Origin: an uncultured Actinomycetes bacterium
Lineage (GTDB): Bacteria; Actinomycetota; Actinomycetes; S36-B12; UBA5976
Direction: 5' to 3'
DNA length: 64,000 bases
Assembly: GCA_903892635.1 (NCBI GenBank)
Contig: CAITJH010000044.1
Coordinates: forward strand, 2,108 to 66,107
The notes under the pieces are model-generated. The model was given only the letters and a program-made list of their open reading frames with translations, was not told the DNA's origin and made no database searches. A program made the translations under genes and the position numbers. Shown here piece by piece: positions 46,215 through 55,728 of the stretch. Position 1 is the first letter of the stretch. Each line of letters starts with the position of its first letter.

Positions 46215-47294
46215 GTGAATATAAACGAGATAACTCTTAGTGACGGTAGGTCCCTGCTTTATTTTGATCGTTTTGCCGTGGATCGCGAGGCGGTTGATTT
46301 ACGCGATTTGGAACCAGCTACTGGGCGTTCGGTTATGCGTCAAGATTTGCTAACTGGTGAGTGGGTTCTAATTGCATCAGCGAGACAATCTCGAATTTTT
46401 ATGCCGGCAAATGATAGTTGTCCACTATGCCCAACGACACCCGAAAATCAGAGTGAAATCCCCTCTAATGATTTTGATCTGGTTATTTTTGAAAACAGAT
46501 TTGCAGCACTTTCGCATTCGCAACTAGCAACTATCCAAGGTGAGATTGATGGTTATGGCCGATGCGAAGTCGTTTGCTTTAGTCCTGACCATGTGACTCC
46601 GCTTGCTTTTCTAGGTCTTGACAAGATTTATCTGTACATAGCGGCACTTTCGCAACGCACTTTAGTGCTTTCCCAAGACCCAAAAGTTAATTACATTTTC
46701 GCTTTTGAAAATCGGGGTGAGCGCGTTGGCGTCACGCTTCCTCACCCGCATGGACAAATCTATGCGTATCCGTTTGTTCCTCCGCGAGTTTTGACAATGG
46801 TCAACACCGAATTTGCACAACGGTGCGACATAGGAAAAGCCATCGTAAAAGCAAATGAAATTGATCCTCAGAGAACTCTTATAGACAGCGAGCACTGGAT
46901 CGCATTTGTTCCTTACGCAGCTCGCTGGCCATACGAAGTGCACATATTCCCTAAACGAGCAATTGGTATGCTTCCAGATCTCGAGCCAGCCGAAATGAAA
47001 GATTTGGCATTAGTGTACGGAAGCGTATTAAGTGCCTTTGAAAATCTATTCGAATCAGAAACTTCTTACATTTCCTCATGGATTCAGGCACCTGTGAATT
47101 GCTCGATGAAATTAAACCGAATGCATATAGAAATTGTTACTCCACAGCGCAGCGAGGAAAGGTACAAATTCCTTGCTGGCTCCGAATCAGGTGTAGGTAC
47201 TTTTATTAATGACATTACTCCGGAACAAGCTGCATCGACTTTACGTCCGCTTGTTCACTTAGCACATCAGGAATTACGGAGACTCCATGGTTAG
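46215..47294 (+). CDS. galT: Galactose-1-phosphate uridylyltransferase
   Basis: 359 aa with CPLCP zinc-site residues and the active site HPHGQIYAYP. It has a GTG start. Confidence 0.92.
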   Translation: MNINEITLSDGRSLLYFDRFAVDREAVDLRDLEPATGRSVMRQDLLTGEWVLIASARQSRIFMPANDSCPLCPTTPENQSEIPSNDFDLVIFENRFAALSHSQLATIQGEIDGYGRCEVVCFSPDHVTPLAFLGLDKIYLYIAALSQRTLVLSQDPKVNYIFAFENRGERVGVTLPHPHGQIYAYPFVPPRVLTMVNTEFAQRCDIGKAIVKANEIDPQRTLIDSEHWIAFVPYAARWPYEVHIFPKRAIGMLPDLEPAEMKDLALVYGSVLSAFENLFESETSYISSWIQAPVNCSMKLNRMHIEIVTPQRSEERYKFLAGSESGVGTFINDITPEQAASTLRPLVHLAHQELRRLHG

Positions 47295-48441
47295 TCAAGT
47301 GGATGAAGCAAAGGCATTTCATCAAAAAGTTTTTGATGACGAAGCAGCAGTGTTGGCATTTGCTCCGGGACGAGTCAACATCATTGGCGAGCATGTTGAC
47401 TATAACGACGGCGTGGTACTTCCGTTTGCAATAGCTCAGGGTGTGTATTGCGCCATTTCGCCGAATCAACTTCAACTTGACCGCATCACATCTAGCAATC
47501 GAATGGGGGAAATTATTGAGCTACAGCACGGGCAACAAGTGAATAATTCATTCCCACATTGGGCAACATATATTTTGGGAGCCATCGAAAGTTTTCGCCC
47601 GAACTCGAGTGTCGCAAACGGATTCAACATGAGTATCTCCTCGGATTTGCCCGAGGGTGCTGGGCTATCGTCCTCAGCCGCTCTTGAAAATGCCACATTG
47701 ATGGCTCTGAAAGATTTTTATGGCTTAGAAATTCTTCCGATGGATGTGGCTAAATTAGCTCAACGCATTGAACATGAATACGCAGGTAATCCGTGTGGAA
47801 TTATGGATCAAGTTGCAAGCATTTTCGGTGTTCCAAAACATGCCTTATTTTTTGACATTAAGAGTGAAAAGGTTTCTCTAGCCGCTTGCGATCCGGAAGC
47901 AAATGGATATGTATTTCTCATTTGCGATACGAACATTCCGCACGAATTAGCGTCAAGTGAATACTCAATCAGGCGTCAACAGTGTGAGTCAGCGGCCCTT
48001 AAACTCGGAATTGCTAGTCTTCGCGAGTACGACGGTGCCATCCCATCCCCGATACTCAGCGATGTTGAAAATAGTCGGCTTCTACACGTTTCAAGTGAGA
48101 TTGACCGAGTGATGCGGGCTCGAGACACCTTGGAAGATTCGCAATGGTTAGTTCTTGGGCAGCTTCTCAATGAATCACATAACTCGCTTCGTGATAACTA
48201 TCAAGTAAGCATTTCGCCTATAGACAGAGCAATAGACGCAGCACGTGACGCCGGTGCGGCAGGCGCTCGAATTCTTGGTGGCGGTTTCGGAGGTAGCGTC
48301 CTTGTTCTTACAGAACTGAAGTACAGCGAAGCAATTAAGTGCGCGATGACAACAGAACTCCAGAAGCACAAAACCGTGCCACGGTTTCTTGTAGCAACTC
48401 CTTCGCGCGGCGCGGCAATATTAGTTTCTCGGCCTACTTGA
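47287..48441 (+). CDS. galK: Galactokinase
   Basis: 384 aa with the GRVNIIGEHVDYNDG signature and the GHMP motif PEGAGLSSSAA. Confidence 0.93.
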   Translation: MVSQVDEAKAFHQKVFDDEAAVLAFAPGRVNIIGEHVDYNDGVVLPFAIAQGVYCAISPNQLQLDRITSSNRMGEIIELQHGQQVNNSFPHWATYILGAIESFRPNSSVANGFNMSISSDLPEGAGLSSSAALENATLMALKDFYGLEILPMDVAKLAQRIEHEYAGNPCGIMDQVASIFGVPKHALFFDIKSEKVSLAACDPEANGYVFLICDTNIPHELASSEYSIRRQQCESAALKLGIASLREYDGAIPSPILSDVENSRLLHVSSEIDRVMRARDTLEDSQWLVLGQLLNESHNSLRDNYQVSISPIDRAIDAARDAGAAGARILGGGFGGSVLVLTELKYSEAIKCAMTTELQKHKTVPRFLVATPSRGAAILVSRPT

Positions 48442-49259
48442 TGTCCACGCATATCATTGGGAATGATTTTCAGAAAGTTAGCTTCGACACGTCGATGGGT
48501 GGCCGTGCCACGTCTTGGATTTACAACGGTCTTGAATTACTCGCGCAGCCAAATGAAGCAAACTTATTTGGTGGAAACTACGTTATGGCTCCATGGGGTG
48601 GGAGGCTTTTAGATGCAAGAATCAACTTTCAAGAAAAAGTTTATGTGCAGCCAATCAACAACCATCCATGGGCAATTCATGGTTCGACACCATTTCATGA
48701 GCCAACTGTCATAGAACACGATGCAACCCAAATAGTTTTTGAGCATAACCTTGAATACGAACTCATCAATTGGCCAACGGGATTCAAAGTACGCCACAGT
48801 TGGAAAGTGCAAGACTCTAAATTGATAACGTACATAGACGTTCGATCTGAGCATTTTGAATTTCCTGTTGTGGTGGGCTGGCACCCATGGTTTCTTCGCA
48901 CTCTAAGCAATGGCGCGATCGCAACCTATGACATCACTGCAACTGGGGAGTTGGCCACCGACGAATCTCAAATCGTTACAGGAGAGATCGTGCCGACAAG
49001 TGAAGGGCCGTGGGATACAACGTTTATCGCTCCAACAGGAGTTGCGACTATTGCTTGGAGCGATTCACTAAGAATTGACGTAAAGACAAACTCAAAGTTT
49101 TTCGTCCTTTATGACAAGCTTGCAGAATATGTTTGCATCGAGCCGATGTCAGGTTCACCAAACGGCAACAATCTGATCGATGAGGGCTTTGGCACGATTG
49201 TTTCCCCTGGAAACCCACTACATTTCGAGGCAATATGGTCTGTCAGTTCGCACAGTTAG
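48441..49259 (+). CDS. galM: Aldose 1-epimerase family protein
   Basis: The ATG at 48441 overlaps the galK stop (TGATG). The ORF track extension from 48339 lies inside galK. It has a mutarotase-like beta-sandwich pattern (HGSTPFHEP..., GWHPWF). Confidence 0.8.
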   Translation: MSTHIIGNDFQKVSFDTSMGGRATSWIYNGLELLAQPNEANLFGGNYVMAPWGGRLLDARINFQEKVYVQPINNHPWAIHGSTPFHEPTVIEHDATQIVFEHNLEYELINWPTGFKVRHSWKVQDSKLITYIDVRSEHFEFPVVVGWHPWFLRTLSNGAIATYDITATGELATDESQIVTGEIVPTSEGPWDTTFIAPTGVATIAWSDSLRIDVKTNSKFFVLYDKLAEYVCIEPMSGSPNGNNLIDEGFGTIVSPGNPLHFEAIWSVSSHS

Positions 49260-49444
49260 CCATTGTAGGCATTGGTTTGGCCTAACTATCCATCCGCAAT
49301 TGCCCTATTGAAGTAACTAGCCTTGACTGATGGTGCAACCATTGAATCTCAAGCTTTGTATTTACGCTTTTAGGAATCGTTAAGGTGTCGTTGGCTATTG
49401 GAATCAAAATCGAAAAATGCTATCTAAATGTCGCATTTCCAAAG

Positions 49445-49517
<73 letters not shown>

Positions 49518-49641
49518 GCTTCGCGGCATAAACCGCTAAACATAAGCCTACCCAGACTTACCTCAAGATGAAAATGAGGTCTTGCTAGTCCCAGCAGCCT
49601 GTCCAATAGAATTAAGCAACTTTTCATTGACGGGGTACAAA

Positions 49642-50841
49642 ATGAACAACGACCAATCACGCGCGCTCAAGATTCTCTCGCGCATCGCACTGATTCTAGG
49701 TGGCATCAGCCTGTCGGTCGGAGTGCTCGCCGGCACACTCAACAAGAACTTCCTCAACGGTCCAACATTGGTGACGCACATTGAAAACATTCGAACAGAC
49801 CCGAATGTGACGGATGCGCTAACCAATACGTTGACCGACAAGGTAATCGCTCAGGCTCCAAAGCTGGAACCTGCTAGGCCGATCATTCATCAAGTTGCTA
49901 ACTCAATTGTGACCAGTGACGCGCTTCGGCCTGTCGTTCGAAACATCTTGAAGCAGGTTCACCAAGCACTCATAGCAGGTCAGCAACTTCAAGTTCAATA
50001 TGGCGATGTCGCAACTAAGGTCATCACCACCGTCAACACATACCTCCCCAATGCAAACATTCCTTCGGTATCAGAACTCAAAGCACAAATTCCAACCGAT
50101 GGCGCTATCGGTGCAATTATGAAATTGCAACTCATACTGAAGGTATCTAACTCACTTGCACTGTATTTACCTGTAGCAGCACTCGTGCTTTTCATTCTCT
50201 TTGTTGCACTTTCCAAAAATCGCAACAAGGCTGTCGGCCGAATCGGTTCAGCAGTCTTTGGTGCAGGTTTGGGTCTTGCAGTACTTACAGCTCTGCTTTG
50301 GTTCGGAGTCCTCTTTGTAGGGCGTAACCCTGGTGTTGCTCCATACTCAACAGCGATCTGGGATGAATTCCTACCGACCTTCATCACACCGGCAGTGCTT
50401 TTAATGTTTGCCGGTGCAATTTGGAGTGCAGTACTTGGTGGCGCACTTCCCGAATGGGACGTCATCGAAACGACTAAGCGCACTTGGAACACAATGTGGT
50501 CACGCCCAACAACTGCATTGGGAACAACCGGCCGCGGACTTGTTGTGCTTGGCGCTGGAATTGCTGTCATCAACTACCCAGCAGAGACCGTTCGCCTACT
50601 CGTCGTTTTCGGCGCAATCCTGTTGATCTTGATCGGCGTATTTGAACTCAACCGCCTGATCGAACGTAAAGGAGACACGGCGGCGAGCACTTCTGATTCG
50701 GGGTCACGATGGATCGTTCCCACCTTGGCTGTTGCCAGCTTGGTAGGAATTATTGCTAATCTCATGCTGAATGCGACTGCTAAATCCACCGAGGCGATGG
50801 CAATTGCACAATCGGTCTCACAGATTGCCGATTATTTGTAA
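49642..50841 (+). CDS. Hypothetical polytopic membrane protein
   Basis: The ORF is open from 49582, and ATG 49642 (MNNDQSRALKILSR...) is plausible. It has one N-terminal TM helix, a ~150-aa soluble segment, then about 6 TM helices. It matches no family I recognise. Confidence 0.65.
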   Translation: MNNDQSRALKILSRIALILGGISLSVGVLAGTLNKNFLNGPTLVTHIENIRTDPNVTDALTNTLTDKVIAQAPKLEPARPIIHQVANSIVTSDALRPVVRNILKQVHQALIAGQQLQVQYGDVATKVITTVNTYLPNANIPSVSELKAQIPTDGAIGAIMKLQLILKVSNSLALYLPVAALVLFILFVALSKNRNKAVGRIGSAVFGAGLGLAVLTALLWFGVLFVGRNPGVAPYSTAIWDEFLPTFITPAVLLMFAGAIWSAVLGGALPEWDVIETTKRTWNTMWSRPTTALGTTGRGLVVLGAGIAVINYPAETVRLLVVFGAILLILIGVFELNRLIERKGDTAASTSDSGSRWIVPTLAVASLVGIIANLMLNATAKSTEAMAIAQSVSQIADYL

Positions 50842-51024
50842 AGCAAGTTCATGTACCAACGATGCGGGCCGCAGATCTGATTGCAGACTGTGGTCCTCAT
50901 CAATATTTCCCCAATTCTTTCGAGGAAATCCAGCCTTCTCCATACTTTCGCGGGCCAGGGAATGAAAGTTCAGGAAAAACGGTTCACAATAGATACAAGG
51001 CATTCATCAATCGGGGAGACACAA

Positions 51025-51954
51025 ATGTACCCAGCACGAGACCTCTATACGGTAGTTGTTCCGCCTGCACACGAATTTAATGACGGTGTCAAGTCAGGCA
51101 TTGTTCTGGTTCATGGCCTCACAGGTTTCATGGATGCTGGCTCGGGAGGCCGGCTCGCTGTTCAACATATTTTGAACACGATGCCAAATCGCCCAGTTGC
51201 CTACTTCCACATTGACGAGCTCTACGACTACCGTGGTCGTCGACCACGCACCATTTTTGATTCCGACCACTTCGAATCAATGGATCTACCTCATCTAACG
51301 CTGAGCGAGGTAACCGATGAAGCTGGTACAACATTCCTTTTACTTCATGGAGTAGAACCAGATCTTGGATGGCAAAGTGTTGTCCGAAGCGTCATCGATT
51401 TGATTCGTAATTTTGGAGTTCGTCTCACGGTTGGAATTCATGCAATTCCATGGCCAGCACCACACACTCGGCCAGTTGAAACCACTGCGCACTCCTCGGA
51501 TCCCGAACTTCTGGGAATCCATCAACCATGGGTTGGTCAAGTTGAAATTCCCGGAAGTGTCGCGAGTCTGCTCGAGATTAACCTGGCACAATCACAACTT
51601 CCTGCAATGGGTTACGCAGCCCACGTGCCTCATTATGTTGCAAATGGCGAGTACCCCAAGGCAGCGCTCGCTTTGCTAGATCAGATTGCATTGAGCACTG
51701 GGCTAGTCATCCCCCGTGACAGTTTGCGATCTTCAGCCGCAGCGATGGACATCGACATTGATCAACAGATTTCAGGCATCGAAGAAAATCGTGAGGTTGT
51801 CGCCGCGCTTGAACAGCAACACGACGCCGTCATGATGTCGCGCCGCGAACTCACCGCAACCGCCGACGGATCGTTGGTTAGTGGTGACGAACTTGCTGCC
51901 TCGTTAGAAAAGTATCTTGCTGATCTTGACGAAAAAGGTCCCGAGAACGGCTAG
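51025..51954 (+). CDS. PAC2 (proteasome assembly chaperone 2-like) family protein
   Basis: The ATG at 51025 follows GGGGAGA. The ORF is open from 50881. The segment VLVHGLTGFMDAGSGGRLAVQHIL resembles actinobacterial PAC2-family proteins. The family call is from memory. Confidence 0.6.
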   Translation: MYPARDLYTVVVPPAHEFNDGVKSGIVLVHGLTGFMDAGSGGRLAVQHILNTMPNRPVAYFHIDELYDYRGRRPRTIFDSDHFESMDLPHLTLSEVTDEAGTTFLLLHGVEPDLGWQSVVRSVIDLIRNFGVRLTVGIHAIPWPAPHTRPVETTAHSSDPELLGIHQPWVGQVEIPGSVASLLEINLAQSQLPAMGYAAHVPHYVANGEYPKAALALLDQIALSTGLVIPRDSLRSSAAAMDIDIDQQISGIEENREVVAALEQQHDAVMMSRRELTATADGSLVSGDELAASLEKYLADLDEKGPENG

Positions 51955-53030
51955 CGATCTGACGAAAACCGAATTGCCGAATCATTAATGACGGCGTTCG
52001 GGAAAACTCGTGCACCTGGGTTCAGTTCGTTGTGCGCTCCTAATGAAGCGCCTTCGGCAACGACCGTTTCAGTAATTCGAGCATGTGTACCAATTGATGC
52101 ACTGTCACCCACGATCGAGCGAATCACCTGTGCGCCGGCGGCAATAGTTGCGTTGTCATAAATGACGCTGCCTTCGATGATTGCATTCTCACCCACGGAC
52201 ACGCCGTTACCGATGTACGAGCCCGCGGTGATCGAGGCTGAAGGGTGCACTGACGTTCCACTCTTGACGAGCGAATCTCCGATTGAACCTTCAAGCAGTG
52301 GACTCGGTGCAATGCCCCGCACGAGATCTGCTGAACCTTTTGAGAACGCCAAAGGAGTGCCAAGATCGAGCCAATATCCATCGTCGACCACACCAATGAC
52401 ACGTGCGTCAGTTTCGAGCAACTCAGGAAACGTTTCGCGTTCCACTGACACCACACGATCTGCTGGGATGCGATCAATCACGCTGCGCTTAAATACATAG
52501 CAACCAGCATTAATTTGATCCGTCACAATTTCTTCTGGAGTTGTTGGCTTTTCCTTGAATGCCAAAACGCGACCAGTCTCGTCTGTCGGTACGAGACCGT
52601 AAGCGCGGGGATCATCTACTCGAGTTAGATACAAGGCAACATCAGCATTTGATTCACGCCATCGTTCCACTAATCCAGTTATGTCCAAACCAGTAAGGAT
52701 GTCGCCATTAAAAATGATCACAGGATCATCCGGACCACACGTTAAGAACTGCGCAGCATTTCGGATTGCTCCACCAGTACCAAGTGGCTCGTCTTCCACC
52801 GCATAGTGGATGTCCATATCAAATTCATTGTGCTGAGAAAAGTAATCTTCAAAAACTTCAGCTCGATATGACGTTCCCAAAACTATTCGAGTGACACCCG
52901 CATCAGCTGCGCGGGCAATTTGATGTGAAGTACATGGGTAACCAGCGACCGGAAGCATGGGCTTTGGAGTGGAAATGGTCAATGGCCGTAGCCGTGTACC
53001 TTGACCGCCAACCAGCAGAATCGCTTGCAT
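51951..53030 (-). CDS. NDP-sugar pyrophosphorylase (mannose-1-phosphate guanylyltransferase-like) with a C-terminal LbH domain
   Basis: 359 aa with LLVGGQGTRLRPLTISTPKPMLPV and C-terminal hexapeptide repeats. Confidence 0.85.
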   Translation of the reverse strand: MQAILLVGGQGTRLRPLTISTPKPMLPVAGYPCTSHQIARAADAGVTRIVLGTSYRAEVFEDYFSQHNEFDMDIHYAVEDEPLGTGGAIRNAAQFLTCGPDDPVIIFNGDILTGLDITGLVERWRESNADVALYLTRVDDPRAYGLVPTDETGRVLAFKEKPTTPEEIVTDQINAGCYVFKRSVIDRIPADRVVSVERETFPELLETDARVIGVVDDGYWLDLGTPLAFSKGSADLVRGIAPSPLLEGSIGDSLVKSGTSVHPSASITAGSYIGNGVSVGENAIIEGSVIYDNATIAAGAQVIRSIVGDSASIGTHARITETVVAEGASLGAHNELNPGARVFPNAVINDSAIRFSSDR

Positions 53031-53042
53031 GTACTTACTCTT

Positions 53043-53759
53043 TCACAGATTCTTTTTATCGAGTTCAACGAGGTGGTCAATTTGTTCGGTAGCTATTACT
53101 GCATCGATGTTGCCTATTTCATCTAAAAGAACGACTCGACAGTTACCAACGATAGGAACCAGAACCTGCCACAGCAATCGAAGATACGGTGACTCGGCTC
53201 GGGTGATTCCAATTGTTGAATTAGGTGTAATTCCTTCGGCTCTCATCTGATCATTCACCAAAGAATGAACGTCACCCATCGCTAATTGCTGCCATTCTTC
53301 GCGGTAAAGAATGTCGGTTTCTGTTTGCACGCTCATTGGCGAAAAGCGATCTCCAAAACCGCGCACCTCAAGAGAGCCATTGATCACACCAGAAGCAAGT
53401 TCACGTTCGGGCATTCCAAATGGATCACGGCTAATAACAACTGTGGTCACCCGAGGATCGGGCTGGATTGGGCTTTGTTGCGTCACTATTCGTGTAGGCA
53501 CTGACTGATCAATGCCGAGGATGGCTTGGACGCTCAGGCTCGCTGATAGCCACACTGGTGACTGCCAGTGGTTACCCAAATCAACGTAGACATTATCGCC
53601 AGGTTCAACATCAAGCCCATCTCGCATCATGTTCGATGCTTTAGAGACTGCATTAAGAAATGTAGTTCCGCTCAATTCAATACGCGCAGCTTCTGTAACC
53701 CACGTGAACATCGGCGCAGGGCCAAGAAGCGAACATCGTTCAAGGATCAGTTTCCACAT
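53043..53759 (-). CDS. Conserved actinobacterial hypothetical protein (TIGR03089-like)
   Basis: 238-aa ORF in the conserved position between the ManC-like and LCP-region genes. The family name is recalled from memory and not verified. Confidence 0.55.
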   Translation of the reverse strand: MWKLILERCSLLGPAPMFTWVTEAARIELSGTTFLNAVSKASNMMRDGLDVEPGDNVYVDLGNHWQSPVWLSASLSVQAILGIDQSVPTRIVTQQSPIQPDPRVTTVVISRDPFGMPERELASGVINGSLEVRGFGDRFSPMSVQTETDILYREEWQQLAMGDVHSLVNDQMRAEGITPNSTIGITRAESPYLRLLWQVLVPIVGNCRVVLLDEIGNIDAVIATEQIDHLVELDKKNL

Positions 53760-53765
53760 GGAGCA

Positions 53766-55598
53766 CTACCTCTTCTGCACGAAAGTGAGTTGCTTTACAG
53801 CCGAATCGCCTACAGCATTCTTCGCTACAAGTTGGAGTACATATTTACGTTTGAACTTGAGCTTCTTCACAATGACAGAATATTTTCCTGCTGGCGCCGT
53901 GCTCCATGCAGTGAATTTCTTTGTTACTTGATCTTGAATTCGATATTTGTACGTCACGGCAATGGAACTAGTCGCTGCTGGCCAAGAAATTGTCGCTGTT
54001 TTTGTAGTTCGATATTTCCACGTCGGGGCGTTAAGTGTTGGAGCGAGCGCAATAATAATTTGGCCAGAACCACGGGTGATTACTGCAGCTGGATGGGGTG
54101 TTGATGGCGTTGCGGGAGGCGTCACTGACTGCTGAATCGAGACTAAGTAACTACCCACAGTTAACGGCTGTGAGTTTGCATCAACGTGAGTCCATGAATA
54201 CGAAACCGTACCCGTTGCTTGCTGTACACCTGTCGAGGAGGCGAGAACAGTGTTATCGACTGCATTAACCACATTGATAGTCCACGACGCTCCAGCCGAA
54301 ATGACTGAAGATATCTGAATCGGATCCAAAGACGTTGGAGCGATAATTGGTTTATCGATTTGCGGAACAGCAATAACCGGAGTGAGTAGCGAAGCTATCT
54401 TGCTGCGAATTGTGGGGATTTGAGCATATAAATATTTTCCGGGACATACCGTCTGACCAACATCACGATGGCCCGAAATCGTTAACACGTGCGCTACATC
54501 GCCTTGCTGATATCGCGACAAATGTTTGGGGTCACTTCCCATTGGAATGTTGGCTATCGCATTCGGATCTAAACCGTATGGTGCAATTTTCCACGCCATG
54601 AGTCCCGCGATCGCAGAATCCATTATTGCAAAAGTTGCAGTGCCTGGATCTTTTGTTTGAAAATTACCAATTGCAGAAATCGCAAATGTATTGGTGTTCA
54701 TTCCTGCGGTGTGTGCTCCCGTCGCGGGCACCGCAGGTCCATCGCACGGTGTCGTAACAACTCGCGGGCAACCAGAACGTCCTTCATACACGTTTCCGTA
54801 TTTATCAACGAGAAAGTTATACGCAAGATCTTTGTACTTCAAACTTTGTGTGTAATACGAATACAGATTTCGCATTTGCGCTGGCCCTTGAGATGAACTG
54901 TAATCGTTCGTACTCGCAGTGTGGTGAATAAATCCAGCAATGATTGTCGTGCCAACATCCGGATCTTGGTTACGCCACGATTCATTGGCTCCCCATTGTG
55001 CTCTTGAAATAATGTTTGGCCGATTAACTATTGCACCTTGCGGTGAAATTACTGACGCAGGAACTGCCGAATCAACGGTGCGCGTTGAAATCAAGGAACG
55101 ATCTTGGGCAGTCAGATCTGAATTGACCAGTGACAGCGCAATACCGGAAGGAAGGTGTCCAGAATCATTTGTCACACGAACTGCCACGCCATCAGCCGGT
55201 GCGGTCAAAAGCGGATCTGTACCATTTCGTGATGTTGATGCTTCGTTCGAACTTCCATCAGCACCATGCTCATTTGACCAAGTCACATTAGTCCACTTGG
55301 TCCATACGCCAGATTCGCGCACTTTAACTTGGAACTTACTAGAGGGATCTACAGCCCCAGTCCAAGTTATGCCAACCAAAGTGAACGTAGCCACAGTGTG
55401 TGGTGGATATATGACAACGCGAGTTCCCGAGGACGTCGTAGTTTTTGTCACCGCATGCAATGCAATCTGATTATTTGCTACAGGTGGGGCATACCCCACA
55501 TACGCTTTTGCCGAAGTTTGGTAGCCAAGGATCGAAGCAACCACCACAAGAGCTAACGCTCCAATGCGGGCAGCATTCAACGATCTGCGGGGAAGCAT
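53766..55598 (-). CDS. Secreted N-acetylmuramoyl-L-alanine amidase (Amidase_2/PGRP domain) with Ig/FN3-like C-terminal domains
   Basis: 610 aa with a signal peptide (ARIGALALVVVASILGYQTSAKA). The amidase core is FIHHTASTNDY...LAYNFLVDKYGNVYEGR...ISGHRDVGQTVCPG. The C-terminus is beta-rich and FN3-like. Confidence 0.8.
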   Translation of the reverse strand: MLPRRSLNAARIGALALVVVASILGYQTSAKAYVGYAPPVANNQIALHAVTKTTTSSGTRVVIYPPHTVATFTLVGITWTGAVDPSSKFQVKVRESGVWTKWTNVTWSNEHGADGSSNEASTSRNGTDPLLTAPADGVAVRVTNDSGHLPSGIALSLVNSDLTAQDRSLISTRTVDSAVPASVISPQGAIVNRPNIISRAQWGANESWRNQDPDVGTTIIAGFIHHTASTNDYSSSQGPAQMRNLYSYYTQSLKYKDLAYNFLVDKYGNVYEGRSGCPRVVTTPCDGPAVPATGAHTAGMNTNTFAISAIGNFQTKDPGTATFAIMDSAIAGLMAWKIAPYGLDPNAIANIPMGSDPKHLSRYQQGDVAHVLTISGHRDVGQTVCPGKYLYAQIPTIRSKIASLLTPVIAVPQIDKPIIAPTSLDPIQISSVISAGASWTINVVNAVDNTVLASSTGVQQATGTVSYSWTHVDANSQPLTVGSYLVSIQQSVTPPATPSTPHPAAVITRGSGQIIIALAPTLNAPTWKYRTTKTATISWPAATSSIAVTYKYRIQDQVTKKFTAWSTAPAGKYSVIVKKLKFKRKYVLQLVAKNAVGDSAVKQLTFVQKR

Positions 55599-55728
55599 GT
55601 TTCAATTCTGCCTCAAAATGCCCCAAATCAAGGGATATGCGACCCGTTAGCGGGTTCGATTGTTTGGAGAATGTGAAGAATTGTTTTTCGTTTTGGGAAC
55701 TGTTCATTGACTGACGTACCATCGTTAA

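Larger units (their letters stand above)
36602..49444. other. AT-rich accessory block (candidate genomic island) ending at the 3' end of tRNA-Lys
   Basis: Hand GC counts on sampled 60-nt lines give 19/60, 22/60 and 23/60 inside. Flanking core lines give 35/60, 38/60 and 35/60. The content is accessory (glycosyltransferase fusion plus galactoside utilisation). I found no integrase and no att repeat. Confidence 0.5.

Noticed and set aside
48339-48440. Upstream extension of the galM ORF, overlapping galK by 102 nt.
   Set aside because: The ATG at 48441 forms a TGATG stop-start junction with galK, and the epimerase-like sequence begins there. The extension reads as out-of-frame galK sequence.
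49995-50573. Long antisense ORFs inside genes: 49995-50573, 30785-31216, 54940-55470, 53568-54104, 32423-32953, 45339-45812, 43759-44229, 29629-30108, 15804-16244, 18469-18894.
   Set aside because: Each lies fully inside a well-supported gene on the other strand. Each has low-complexity or Arg/Ser/Cys-rich translations and lacks a start context. These are typical shadow ORFs.
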